The notes under the pieces were generated by a model, which saw nothing but the letters and a program-made list of their open reading frames with translations, made no database searches and was not told the DNA's origin. From assembly GCA_963725865.1 (NCBI GenBank), contig CAVSAC010000014.1, positions 1,632,001 to 1,696,000 on the forward strand: a stretch of DNA of 64,000 nt, written 5' to 3'. Source of the DNA: Candidatus Eiseniibacteriota bacterium. Its GTDB lineage: Bacteria; Eisenbacteria; RBG-16-71-46. Positions 43,311 to 53,316 of the stretch are shown here, in pieces; within the stretch, counting starts at the first letter, position 1; the number at the start of each line of letters is the position of its first letter. The position numbers were made by a program, and so were the translations under genes.

Positions 43311-44189
43311 ATGATCCGAAGCATGACCGGGTTCGGTTCGACCGACCTGGAACACGACGGGCAGCGGCTGACGGCGGAGATCCGCTCGGTCAACCACCGG
43401 TTCTGCGAGGTCTCGGTCCGCGCGCCCAAGCTGGTGCAGCTGTTCGAGGACCGCATCCGCCAGCTGATCCAGGAGCGCTTCTCGCGCGGCAAGTTCAACC
43501 TGACCATCACCTGGTCGGGGGCCGGGGACAGCGGCGAGGTCCTCAAGCTGAACGAGATCGCCGCCGACCGCTACGTGGCCCTGCTCACGCAGCTCAAGCA
43601 GCGCTACGGCCTCACCCAGCAGATCGACCTGCGCACGCTGGCGGCGCTGCCGGACCTGTTCGAGTGGGAGCACACGGCGCTGTCGGACGACGAGACCTGG
43701 GCGCTGGTCAAGCGGGTGGTCGACGGCTGCTGCGACAACATGAACACGATGAAGGGGCGCGAGGGCGAGGCGCTCGCGAAGGACCTGATCGAGCGGCTGA
43801 AGCTGATCCGCATCCAGCTCGATCTGGTGACGGTGCGCGCGCCGTACCGCCCGCAGGAGGCCAAGGAACGTCTCGAGGGCCGCGTCAAGCAGCTGCTCGG
43901 CGATGTCGAGATGGACCCGATCCGCGTCGCGCAGGAGATCGCGCTGATGGTGGACCGCCTCGACTGCACCGAGGAGTGCGTGCGGCTGGCGGCGCACCTG
44001 GACCAGTTCCGCGCGCTGGTGGAGGGGCAGGAGCTCGCGGGCCGCAAGCTGAACTTCCTGCTGCAGGAGATGAACCGCGAGGCGAACACGATCGGCTCCA
44101 AGTCGAACGACGTCGAGACCACCCGCGCGGTCATCGTCATGAAGGAAGAGATCGAGCGCCTGCGCGAGCAGGTGCAGAACGTGGAGTGA
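43311..44189 (+). CDS. yicC: YicC/YloC endoribonuclease
   Basis: MIRSMTGFG, SVNHRF, GRKLNFLLQEMNREANTIGSK, REQVQNVE. Confidence 0.96.
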   Translation: MIRSMTGFGSTDLEHDGQRLTAEIRSVNHRFCEVSVRAPKLVQLFEDRIRQLIQERFSRGKFNLTITWSGAGDSGEVLKLNEIAADRYVALLTQLKQRYGLTQQIDLRTLAALPDLFEWEHTALSDDETWALVKRVVDGCCDNMNTMKGREGEALAKDLIERLKLIRIQLDLVTVRAPYRPQEAKERLEGRVKQLLGDVEMDPIRVAQEIALMVDRLDCTEECVRLAAHLDQFRALVEGQELAGRKLNFLLQEMNREANTIGSKSNDVETTRAVIVMKEEIERLREQVQNVE

Positions 44190-44833
44190 CGTTGACGGCC
44201 GACACCGCAGCCGGCGCCACGACGACGCGAACCCCGTTCCGCTTCGAGCGCGGCGGGTTCCTGCTGGTACTCACCGGGCCCTCGGGCGCCGGCAAGGGCA
44301 CGCTGGTGGACCGGCTGATCGCGGAACGTCCGGAGTGCTCGTTCTCGGTCTCGGCGACGACGCGCCCGCAGCGTGCCGGCGAGTCCGACGGCGTGCAGTA
44401 CGAGTTCGTCGACGCCGCGGAGTTCCAGCGACGGCGCGCGGCCGGCGAGTTCCTGGAGTGGGCCGAGGTGCACGGCAATCTGTACGCGACCCCGTGGAAG
44501 TTCGTCGACGATGGCGTGCGCGCGGGCCGCGTGGTGGTGTTGGACGTCGACGTGCAAGGCGGCGCCAGCGTGCGCGTGGCGCGCCCCGACGCGGTCTCGG
44601 TGTTCGTCTATCCGCCCAGCTTCGACGCGCTGCGGCAGCGGCTGCTGCACCGCAGCACCGACGCGCCGGAGGTCATCGAGACGCGCCTGCGGAACGCCCC
44701 CGGCGAGCTGGCGCAGTGGAAGGAGTACCAGTACCTGGTCGAGAACGACGATCTCGAGCGCGCGACCCGCCGCCTGGTCGCGATCGTCGACGCCGAGCGC
44801 GCGCGGGTGTCCCGCATGCGCGCGGCGTACTAG
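44186..44833 (+). CDS. gmk: Guanylate kinase
   Basis: GPSGAGKGT, SATTRPQRAGE, FLEWAEVHGNLY, DVQGG. Confidence 0.96.
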   Translation: MTLTADTAAGATTTRTPFRFERGGFLLVLTGPSGAGKGTLVDRLIAERPECSFSVSATTRPQRAGESDGVQYEFVDAAEFQRRRAAGEFLEWAEVHGNLYATPWKFVDDGVRAGRVVVLDVDVQGGASVRVARPDAVSVFVYPPSFDALRQRLLHRSTDAPEVIETRLRNAPGELAQWKEYQYLVENDDLERATRRLVAIVDAERARVSRMRAAY

Positions 44834-44881
44834 GCAGACCCGGCCGCCCGACTCACCGCCCCACATCCCGAGGAGAGACCC

Positions 44882-45100
44882 ATGAAGCTGGCTTCCCTGG
44901 TCCCGCCGCCCGGCACCAACAAGTACGAGCTCGCGATCGTCGCGGCGCGCGAAGCCCGCCGGCTCAACGAGCAGTCGCGGATGTCCGGGCAGAGCGTGCC
45001 GGGCAAGGTGACGGCGCTGGCGCTCGAGCGCGCCATCAAGGGCGACGCGCCGCACTTCTACGACGACCCGGACAACCCGGCCATCCCGAACATCATCTGA
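44882..45100 (+). CDS. rpoZ: RNA polymerase omega subunit
   Basis: NKYELAIVAAREARRL; gmk-rpoZ-coaBC synteny. Confidence 0.88.
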   Translation: MKLASLVPPPGTNKYELAIVAAREARRLNEQSRMSGQSVPGKVTALALERAIKGDAPHFYDDPDNPAIPNII

Positions 45101-45108
45101 GCGGCCCG

Positions 45109-46461
45109 ATGCTGCGCGGCCGGATCGTCGTCGTCGGAGTCTCGGGCGGCATCGCCGCCTACAAGGCGTGTGAACTCGTGCGCTGGCTCAAGACGCGCGA
45201 GGCGACGGTCATCGTGGTCATGACGTCGGCGGCGACCGAGTTCGTCACGCCGCTGACGTTCCAGACGCTGTCGGGCAATCCGGTCGTGACGGGCCTGTGG
45301 GGCGACCAGCGCCCGAGCTTCGACCTGCCGCCGGAGGCGGCGGCGCGCCGCGGCGGCCGCGTCGAGCACGTGGACGTCGCCGAGGTCGCCGATTGCATCG
45401 TGGTCGCGCCGGCGACCGCGAGCCTGCTGGCGCGCGTGGCGCACGGCGAGGCGCCCGACGCGCTCGGCGCGACGCTCCTCGCGAGCCGCGCGCCGGTGGT
45501 GCTCTGCCCCGCGATGGACCTGGAGATGTGGCGGAACGCCGCGACCCAGGCGAACGTGCGCACGCTCGCCGCGCGTGGCGTCACGGTGGTGCCACCCGAC
45601 ATCGGCTTCCTCGCCTCGGGCCTCGCGGGCCCCGGCCGGCTGCCCTCGATCGAGACCATCGGCGCCGCCGTCGAGCACGCGCTGATGCGGCGCGCGAGCC
45701 TGGCGGGAATCCGGGTGCTGGTGAGCGCGGGCCGCACCGAGGAGGCGATCGATCCGGTGCGCGTGCTCACGAACCGCTCGAGTGGCCGCATGGGCGTGGC
45801 GCTCGCCGAGGCGGCGCTGGCGCGCGGCGCGGACGTGACGCTGGTGGCGGGACCGATGAGCGTCGACGCGCCGATGCGCGCGGACGTGGTGCGCGTGACG
45901 AGCGCCGCCGAGATGGCGAAGGCGCTCGCCGGGCACGCCGGGCGCAGCGACGTGGTGCTGATGGCGGCCGCGGTCGCGGACTACCGTCCCGCGCAGCCGG
46001 CGCGCGAGAAGCTCAAGCGCGGCGCCGGTTCGCGCACCCTCACGCTGGAGCCGAACCCCGACATCCTCGCCGGGCTCGCGCGCCGGCGCCGCGCGGGACA
46101 GGTGTTCGTGGGCTTCGCGCTCGAGACCTCGCGCGGGCTCGCGCACGCGCGCGCCAAGCTGACGGCCAAGGGTGTGGACCTGATGGTGCTCAACTCACCG
46201 GCCGAGGGGATCGGCGGCGACACCAACGTGGTCACGCTGGTGGAGCCGCGCGGCGCGAAGCGCCTGCCCAAGGCGAGCAAGCGCGAGCTCGCGGAGCAGA
46301 TCCTCGATCGCGTGCTCGAGCTGCGGATCGGATTCCTGAACGAGCGCGCGCGTCCCGCGCGGCGTCCGTCCGCGACCGGATCGAGTCGCCGTCGCCCGGC
46401 GCCGGGCGCGAGCAACCAGCCCCGGCGGGCGCGGCGCGCGCCGGCGCGGAGACCGCGATGA
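45109..46461 (+). CDS. coaBC: Phosphopantothenoylcysteine decarboxylase/ligase
   Basis: GVSGGIAAYKA, APATA, IDPVRVLTNRSSGRMG, AAVADY, VGFALET. Confidence 0.96.
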   Translation: MLRGRIVVVGVSGGIAAYKACELVRWLKTREATVIVVMTSAATEFVTPLTFQTLSGNPVVTGLWGDQRPSFDLPPEAAARRGGRVEHVDVAEVADCIVVAPATASLLARVAHGEAPDALGATLLASRAPVVLCPAMDLEMWRNAATQANVRTLAARGVTVVPPDIGFLASGLAGPGRLPSIETIGAAVEHALMRRASLAGIRVLVSAGRTEEAIDPVRVLTNRSSGRMGVALAEAALARGADVTLVAGPMSVDAPMRADVVRVTSAAEMAKALAGHAGRSDVVLMAAAVADYRPAQPAREKLKRGAGSRTLTLEPNPDILAGLARRRRAGQVFVGFALETSRGLAHARAKLTAKGVDLMVLNSPAEGIGGDTNVVTLVEPRGAKRLPKASKRELAEQILDRVLELRIGFLNERARPARRPSATGSSRRRPAPGASNQPRRARRAPARRPR

Positions 46462-47493
46462 GCGATTCCCGCGCCGAGCTCGCGGACATCGCGCGCGGCG
46501 TGCGGCGCCAGCTCGAGCGCGCCCGCGCGGCGGGCGGCGGCGAGCTGCTCGCCACCGCGGCGCTCAGGGCGCAGCGCGCCCGCGCGGCCGCGCCGGCGTC
46601 ACCGGCACCCGCGAGTGCCCCGGCGCCCGGCCCGCGCCCCGACCTCGCGCGGGACGCCGGCTCGTCCGCGCCGCGCGCGAGCTCTGCGTCCGCCCGCGCG
46701 CGAGGTCGCCGCCGACGAGCGCGCCGAGATCGAGGAGGCGCTGGCGCGCGCGAGCGCGCTCCCGGCGCCCCTCCCCATCAGCGGCAGCCTGTTCGGCGAG
46801 CCCGCGGCGGTGGCGGCCGCGCCGCCGCGTGCGGGCGCCGCGCCGCTGCCGCGGTTCGCGGCGCCGCTGTTCCCGATCGATCCCGAGCGGCGCCGCGGGA
46901 TCGCGGAGCAGGCGGCCCCGGTGCTCGCCGCGATCGCCGAGGAGGTGAGGCGCTGCGCGCAGTGCGGGCTCGGCGGCCTGCGGACCAACGCCGTCCCGGG
47001 CGTCGGCACCGCGCTCAGCGGGATCGTGTTCGTGGGCGAGGGGCCGGGCGCCGACGAGGACCGGCTCGGCGAGCCGTTCGTGGGGCGCGCGGGCCAGCTG
47101 CTCGACCGCATCATCGCGGCGATGAACCAGGCGCACCTGCTGCCGGGGCTCACGCTCGATCGCACCACCGTCTACATCGCCAACATCGTGAAGTGCCGTC
47201 CCCCGGAGAATCGCGTGCCGCTGCCGGTCGAGGTCGAGGCCTGCACGCCGTACCTCAAGCGCCAGATCGCCGCCCTCCAGCCGCGCATCATCTGCTGCCT
47301 CGGCAAGACCGCGGCGGAGTTCCTGCTCGGCACCAAGGGCTCGCTCGGCGGCATGCGCGGTCGCATCTATCGCTACGAGGGCGCCAAGCTCATCGTGACC
47401 TACCATCCGGCCGCCTGTCTGCGGAATCCCGAGTACAAGCGCCCGGTGTGGGAGGACATGCAGTTGCTCGCCCGCGAGTACCACGCCGACTGA
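46458..47493 (+). CDS. Family 4 uracil-DNA glycosylase with a frameshift in the low-complexity linker (~46700)
   Basis: [37 protein letters not shown]; the N-terminal MSDSRAEL is in another frame. Confidence 0.88.
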
Positions 47494-47542
47494 ACGCACG
47501 GGTTCGCGCGCGACCCGACGCGCGCGGGGGGAGACGAACACC

Positions 47543-50200
47543 ATGACCGACATCCTGCCGCGCCCCTCCGGGATGGTGCCCGAAGGTCCCACGCCGCCGC
47601 AGGCGCTCGAGGCGGAGCGCTCGGTGCTCGCCGCGATGCTCCTCGACCACGAATCGGTCGGCAAGGCGGTCGAGATGATGGACGCGAGCGTGTTCTATCG
47701 CGCCGCCCATCAGCGCATCTTCGACGCCATCGTCGGGCTCTACAACAAGAACGAGAAAGCCGACCTGGTCACGCTCTCGGAGGAGTTGCGCCGCCGCGGC
47801 GAGCTCGACCTGATCGGCGGACCGACGGCGCTGTCGCAGATCATGGAGTACGCGACCACGACCGCGAATCTCGAGCAGCACATCCGGCTCGTGCACTCGA
47901 AGGCGATCCTGCGCCTGCTGATCAAGGCGTCGAGTGAGATCCAGCAGGAGTGCTACGCCGCCGCCGAGGAGACGCCGATGATCCTCGACCGCGCGGAGCA
48001 GCGCATCTTCGAGATCACCGACCGCCGCGTGCGGCAGGGCTTCGTGTCGCTCAGGGAGCTGCTCAAGCCGGCGTTCGAGTACATCCACGAGCTGAGCGAA
48101 CGCAAGGCGCACGTCACCGGCGTGCCGTCCGGCTACGAGGACATCGACAAGCTCACGTCGGGCTTCCAGCCCAGCGACCTGGTGATCATCGCGGGGCGGC
48201 CCGGCTTCGGCAAGACCAGCCTCGCGATGAACATGGCCGAGAACGCGGCGATCCGCTTCAAGATCCCGGTCGCCATCTTCTCGCTCGAGATGAGCAAGGA
48301 ACAGCTGGTCATGCGCATGCTCTGCTCGCAGAGCGAGGTCGCGCTGCACAAGGTGCGCAACGGTTACCTGGGGCAGGAAGACTGGCCGCGGCTCACCACC
48401 GGCGCGGGGCTGCTGCAGGCGGCACCCATCATGATCGACGACTCGCCCGCGCTCAGCACGCTCGAGATCCGCGCCAAGTGCCGCCGCCTGCGCGCCGAGA
48501 ACAAGCTCGGCCTGGTGGTGATCGACTACCTGCAGCTGATGCGCGCGAGCGGCTCGGTCGAGAACCGCGTGCAGGAGATCTCGCAGATCACGCGCGGGCT
48601 GAAAGCGCTGGCGAAGGAGCTGAAGATCCCGATCATCGCGCTCTCGCAGCTCTCGCGCGCGGTCGAGACGCGCGGCGGCGGCGGCCGGCCGCAGCTGTCG
48701 GATCTTCGTGAATCGGGCTGCCTCACGGCGGACACGCGCATCGTCCGCGCCGACACGGGCGCCGAGATGTCCCTCGGCGAGTTGCTGCTGCGTGGCGAGC
48801 GAAACATCCCCGTGTGGACTCTGGACGACGATCTGCGCCTGACCCGCGGCACGATGACGCACGTCTTCGCAAGCGGCGTGAAGCAGGTCTTCGAGCTGCG
48901 CATGACCTCGGGTCGCGACGTGAAGGCGAGCGCGAGCCACCCGTTCCGCACCCTCGATGGCTGGAAGCGACTGGACGAGTTGCGGCCGGGTGACCGGCTC
49001 GCGACCCCCCGACGGCTGCCGGATCCTGCGGTTCCCGAGGATTGGCCCGAGGCGGAGGTGGTGATGCTGGCGCACTTGCTCGGCGACGGGTGCGTCGCGT
49101 CGCGGCAGCCAGTTCACTACACCAGCGCCGATCCACAGAACCTCGAGGTAGTCGAGCGTGCCGCGGCTCACTTTGGCATCACGCCGCGGAGGGTGGCGCA
49201 GGGGAACTGGTGTCACGTCTATCTGCCCTCACCGGTTCCTCTCACGCACGGGCGGCGCAATCCGATTCAAGAGTGGCTATCTCGATTCGGACTCGATGGC
49301 CTTCGCAGCTGGGAGAAGTTCATCCCGCGGGAGGTCTTCGGTTTCTCGCACGCACAGTTGGCGTTGTTCGTGCGGCACCTGTGGGCTACGGATGGTTGCG
49401 TTCACCTGAGCAAGAGCGGCCAGCCGAGCATCTACTACGCTTCGTCGAGCCGCCGACTGGCGAGCGACGTGCAGATGCTGCTGCTTCGATTCGGCGTGGC
49501 TTCGCGACTCAAGTCCACGCGGAAGGGGGAGCACCGCCCGACCTATCAGCTCCACGTCACCGGAGTCGAGAATCAGCTGCGATTCCTCGGATGGGTCGAC
49601 GCGCACGGAGCCAAGGCCGAAGCCGCCGAGCGCATGCGCGAACGGCTGCGGGCCGTGGCGCCCAACACCAATGTGGACACGGTGCCCGTGGAGGTCTGGC
49701 AGGAAGTCAAGAGAGCCATGCGGGCGCGCGGAATGACCGCACGCGGCTTTGCGGCCGCGCTGGACACGGCGTATTGCGGAAGCACGCTCTACCGACACGC
49801 GCCCAGCCGGCAACGACTGACCGCAGTCGCGACCGCACTCGTCGAACCGGAGCTCGAGCGCCTCGCGGCCTCCGACGTCTTCTGGGACACCATCGCCTCG
49901 ATCGAAGCGATCGGCGAACAGCCGGTCTTCGATGCCACGGTGCCGGGGACGCACAACTTCATCGCAGACGGCATCATTGCCCACAACTCGATCGAGCAGG
50001 ATGCGGACCTCGTGATGTTCGTGTTCCGCGAGGAGAAGTACAAACCGGACGACCCGACGCTCAAGGGCAAGGCGCAGATCCTGATCGCCAAGCAGCGCAA
50101 CGGCCCGACCGGTGACGTGGACATGACGTTCCTGCACGAGTTCACCAAGTTCGTGCCGTTCAGCCCGCTCATGCCGGGCGAGGCGGATCCGGGGTTTTAG
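47543..50200 (+). CDS. dnaB: Replicative DNA helicase containing an intein
   Basis: GRPGFGKT, FSLEM, IDYLQLM, LSDLRESG/SIEQDAD, AKQRNGPTG. Confidence 0.97.
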   Translation: MTDILPRPSGMVPEGPTPPQALEAERSVLAAMLLDHESVGKAVEMMDASVFYRAAHQRIFDAIVGLYNKNEKADLVTLSEELRRRGELDLIGGPTALSQIMEYATTTANLEQHIRLVHSKAILRLLIKASSEIQQECYAAAEETPMILDRAEQRIFEITDRRVRQGFVSLRELLKPAFEYIHELSERKAHVTGVPSGYEDIDKLTSGFQPSDLVIIAGRPGFGKTSLAMNMAENAAIRFKIPVAIFSLEMSKEQLVMRMLCSQSEVALHKVRNGYLGQEDWPRLTTGAGLLQAAPIMIDDSPALSTLEIRAKCRRLRAENKLGLVVIDYLQLMRASGSVENRVQEISQITRGLKALAKELKIPIIALSQLSRAVETRGGGGRPQLSDLRESGCLTADTRIVRADTGAEMSLGELLLRGERNIPVWTLDDDLRLTRGTMTHVFASGVKQVFELRMTSGRDVKASASHPFRTLDGWKRLDELRPGDRLATPRRLPDPAVPEDWPEAEVVMLAHLLGDGCVASRQPVHYTSADPQNLEVVERAAAHFGITPRRVAQGNWCHVYLPSPVPLTHGRRNPIQEWLSRFGLDGLRSWEKFIPREVFGFSHAQLALFVRHLWATDGCVHLSKSGQPSIYYASSSRRLASDVQMLLLRFGVASRLKSTRKGEHRPTYQLHVTGVENQLRFLGWVDAHGAKAEAAERMRERLRAVAPNTNVDTVPVEVWQEVKRAMRARGMTARGFAAALDTAYCGSTLYRHAPSRQRLTAVATALVEPELERLAASDVFWDTIASIEAIGEQPVFDATVPGTHNFIADGIIAHNSIEQDADLVMFVFREEKYKPDDPTLKGKAQILIAKQRNGPTGDVDMTFLHEFTKFVPFSPLMPGEADPGF
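48719..49987 (+). mobile_element. 423-aa intein with LAGLIDADG homing endonuclease
   Basis: C1 (CLTADT), ASHPF, LAHLLGDG and VRHLWATDG blocks, terminal HN followed by Ser. Confidence 0.95.
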
Positions 50201-51033
50201 TGCCGCTTCCCTTGCCGTTCGGCTTCGACACCGACGACCTGATCGCGGTCCGCGGCGTGCGCTACCTGCGCCGTCGCTTCCTCGGTTTCGTGGCCGAGGT
50301 CGGTCGCATCGCGATGCTGATGCGCGACGTCGTTCGCTTCGCGGGGCCGGGGGTGCGCTCGTTCCGGCTGGTGGTCGCGCAGATGCACGCGATCGGCGTG
50401 GGCTCGCTGGGACTGGTGTTCGTGGTGAGCCTGTTCACCGGCGCGGTCGCGGCGGTGCAGGCGGCGTATCAGTTCTCGACCGTGGTGCCACTCAAGTACA
50501 TCGGCGCGGTGATCCTGCGCTCGGTCATCATCGAGCTGGGGCCGGTGCTGACCGGTCTGGTGGTCGGCGGGCGGGTGGGGGCCGCGATGGCGGCCGAGCT
50601 GGGCACCATGAAGGTCACCGAGCAGCTCGATGCGCTCCGCGCGATGGCGATCCACCCGGTGCGCTTCCTGGTGGTGCCGCGCGTGGTGGCGGCGCTGGTG
50701 ATGCTGCCGGTCATCACGGTGTTCGCGAACGCGATCGCGATCTTCGGCGGCTACGCGGTGTCGGTCGCCTCGATCGGCGTCAGCACGCACACCTACGTGA
50801 TCGGGCTCAAGCAGTTCTTCTACCTCAAGGACCTGTGGTCGGGGCTCATCAAGGCGATGTGCTTCGGCGCGATCATCAGCTCGATGGGCTGCTACTACGG
50901 CTTCGCGACCGAGGGGGGCGCCGAGGGCGTCGGGGTGGCGACGATGCGCGCGGTGGTGGCGTCCTGCGTGCTCATCCTGATCTCCGACTACGTGCTCGCG
51001 AACGTCCTGTTCCGGCTGATCTTCGCGGCATGA
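50200..51033 (+). CDS. mlaE: MlaE-family ABC permease
   Basis: ELGPVLTGLVVGGRVGAAMAAELGTMKVTEQLDAL, GGAEGVG. Confidence 0.93.
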   Translation: MPLPLPFGFDTDDLIAVRGVRYLRRRFLGFVAEVGRIAMLMRDVVRFAGPGVRSFRLVVAQMHAIGVGSLGLVFVVSLFTGAVAAVQAAYQFSTVVPLKYIGAVILRSVIIELGPVLTGLVVGGRVGAAMAAELGTMKVTEQLDALRAMAIHPVRFLVVPRVVAALVMLPVITVFANAIAIFGGYAVSVASIGVSTHTYVIGLKQFFYLKDLWSGLIKAMCFGAIISSMGCYYGFATEGGAEGVGVATMRAVVASCVLILISDYVLANVLFRLIFAA

Positions 51034-51776
51034 TCGCGATCCGCGGGCTCAAGAAGCGGCTCGGCCGCACCCAGGTGCTCGACGGCATCGACCTCGACGT
51101 GCAGCGGGGCGAGACGCTGGTGGTGCTGGGTCCGTCGGGCACCGGGAAGAGCGTGCTGCTCAAGCACGTGATCGGCCTGATGACGCCGGACGCCGGCTCG
51201 ATCGTGATCGACGACCGCGAGATCGTCGGCCTCGACGAGCGCGGGCTCGACGAGGTCCGCAAGCACTTCGGCATGCTGTTCCAGGGCGCGGCGCTGTTCG
51301 ACTCGATGTCGGTCGGCGAGAACGTGGGACTGGGGCTGCGCGAGCACACGCGGCTCGATGACGCCGAGATCCGCCGCCGCGTGGCGGAGCGGCTCGAGTG
51401 GGTGGGACTCAAGGGCGCCGAGGACATGCGGACCGCCTCGCTGTCGGGCGGCATGCGCAAGCGCGTGGGACTCGCGCGCGCGATCGCGATGGACCCGGCG
51501 TACCTGCTGTACGACGAGCCGACCACCGGCATCGACCCGATCATGTCGGACGTCATCAACCAGCTGATCCGCGAGCTGCAGAGCCGCCTGGGCGTGACCT
51601 CGATCGTGGTCACCCACGACATGCGAAGCGCCTATCATGTCGGCGACCGGCTCGCGATGCTGTACCAGGGGCGCCTGCAGTTCGTCGGGACCCCGGACCA
51701 GATGCGCGCCAGCGCCGATCCGCTGGTGCACCAGTTCATCGAAGGCTCGAGCGAAGGGCCCATCCAGCCGGTCTGA
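51030..51776 (+). CDS. mlaF: MlaF-family ABC ATPase
   Basis: GPSGTGKS, FQGAALFDS, LSGGMRKRVGLARA, YDEPTTG. Confidence 0.93.
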   Translation: MIAIRGLKKRLGRTQVLDGIDLDVQRGETLVVLGPSGTGKSVLLKHVIGLMTPDAGSIVIDDREIVGLDERGLDEVRKHFGMLFQGAALFDSMSVGENVGLGLREHTRLDDAEIRRRVAERLEWVGLKGAEDMRTASLSGGMRKRVGLARAIAMDPAYLLYDEPTTGIDPIMSDVINQLIRELQSRLGVTSIVVTHDMRSAYHVGDRLAMLYQGRLQFVGTPDQMRASADPLVHQFIEGSSEGPIQPV

Positions 51777-51810
51777 ACGACGCGCGGCCGCACTGCGCGG
51801 GGAGAGACGA

Positions 51811-52704
51811 GTGAGTCGGAGAACCGAGATCCAGGTGGGCTTCACGGTGCTGGCGGCGGTCGCCCTGCTGCTGTGGGGCGTGACGTGGCTCAAGGATTTC
51901 TCGGTCGCGCGCCGCGTGCACGTGTGGACGGTGCGATTCCCGCGCACCGGCGGGCTGGGTCGCAGCGACGAGGTCCAGGTCAACGGCATCCGCAAGGGCG
52001 CGGTGGAGGACATGGCGCTCGAAGGCGACCACGTGGTGGTCCGGCTGGCGCTCGCTCAGGACGTGGTGATCACCGACGACTGCAAGGTCGCGATCCGCAA
52101 CGTGGGCCTGATGGGCGAGAAGGTCATCGCGGTCGACCTGCACACCACCGGGCGCGCCTACACCGACCGCGACACCATCGTGGGGGAGTACGAGCTCGGG
52201 ATCCCCGAGGTGATCGCGCAGCTCGGCGGCTCGCTCGACACGATCACCCAGCTGGCGGACCACCTGCACGCCATCTCGGAGGCGCTCGCCAGGAGCGGCG
52301 ATCTGCAGAAGAGCGTGCACAACTTCTCGGTCGCCAGCGAGGATCTGCAGAAGGCGGTGGCCGAGAACCGGGTCGCGCTGCGCACCACCTTCGCGAACTT
52401 CCAGGACGCCTCGCGCACCGCGAAGTCGCTGACCACCGACCGCGAGGCGCAGCTGCGCACGGCGATCGACGACTTCGCGCAGGCGGCCGACCGGCTCAAC
52501 GCGCTCGCGATGCGCACCGACTCGCTGCGTGCGTCGCTCGCGCGCGTGACCGGCAAGGTCGACCGCGGCGAGGGCACGCTCGGCAAGCTGGTGAACGATC
52601 AGAAGCTCTACGACGATCTCAACACCTCGGTGCAGTCGTTGCGCGCGCTGGTCGACGACATCAAGAAGAACCCGAAGAAGTACATCCACCTGAGCGTCTT
52701 CTAG
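51811..52704 (+). CDS. mlaD: MlaD/MCE family protein
   Basis: N-terminal TM helix, GL...VQVNGIRKGAV, GLMGEK, GEGTLGKLV, DIKKNPKKY. Confidence 0.92.
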   Translation: MSRRTEIQVGFTVLAAVALLLWGVTWLKDFSVARRVHVWTVRFPRTGGLGRSDEVQVNGIRKGAVEDMALEGDHVVVRLALAQDVVITDDCKVAIRNVGLMGEKVIAVDLHTTGRAYTDRDTIVGEYELGIPEVIAQLGGSLDTITQLADHLHAISEALARSGDLQKSVHNFSVASEDLQKAVAENRVALRTTFANFQDASRTAKSLTTDREAQLRTAIDDFAQAADRLNALAMRTDSLRASLARVTGKVDRGEGTLGKLVNDQKLYDDLNTSVQSLRALVDDIKKNPKKYIHLSVF

Positions 52705-52805
52705 GCGCGCCCCCCCCCGCACCCGGTGCGAGGGCGTCGCACGGACTCGGCGGCGGAGTCCGTCCGGTCGCGCACGGGCAGGCCCTCGACCTCGGAGGAG
52801 TGAGC

Positions 52806-53204
52806 ATGGAGCCATCCACCTGCCGGGTGATCCCGGCGGGCGACGCGTACCAGGGTCGCCAGGGGCTCACGTACCTCGCGGGGCTCACCGGTGCGACGGT
52901 CGGATCGCGCGCGATCTGCATGACGCTCGTCACGCTTCCGGATGGCGCGCGCGCGAAGACGCACCTCCACCGGGGGATCGAGACCGCGGTCTACGTGATC
53001 GAGGGCGAGACCGAGATGCATTTCGGCCCGCGACTCGGGGAGCGGCTGGTGGGGCGGGCCGGCGAGTACATCTACATCCCCGCCGACATGCCGCACCTGG
53101 TGATCAACCGCTCGGGTGCCGTTTGCCGGGCCGTCGTCGCGCATACCGCGTCCGACGACCAGACCGGGATCGTGCTGCTGCCCGACCTCGACCCGCTCGT
53201 CTGA
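52806..53204 (+). CDS. Cupin domain protein
   Basis: HLHRGIETAVYVIEG, YIPADMPH; GGAGG SD. Confidence 0.9.
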   Translation: MEPSTCRVIPAGDAYQGRQGLTYLAGLTGATVGSRAICMTLVTLPDGARAKTHLHRGIETAVYVIEGETEMHFGPRLGERLVGRAGEYIYIPADMPHLVINRSGAVCRAVVAHTASDDQTGIVLLPDLDPLV

Positions 53205-53316
53205 GCCGCGTTCAGCCGCCCCGGTGGGCGGCCGCGCCGCATTGTGGCAGGATGCCCCCTCGCGCGACGGGCTGGCGCCCGCGCGGCCCCGCAACCCGCT
53301 CCCGCCCGGAGTGTCC

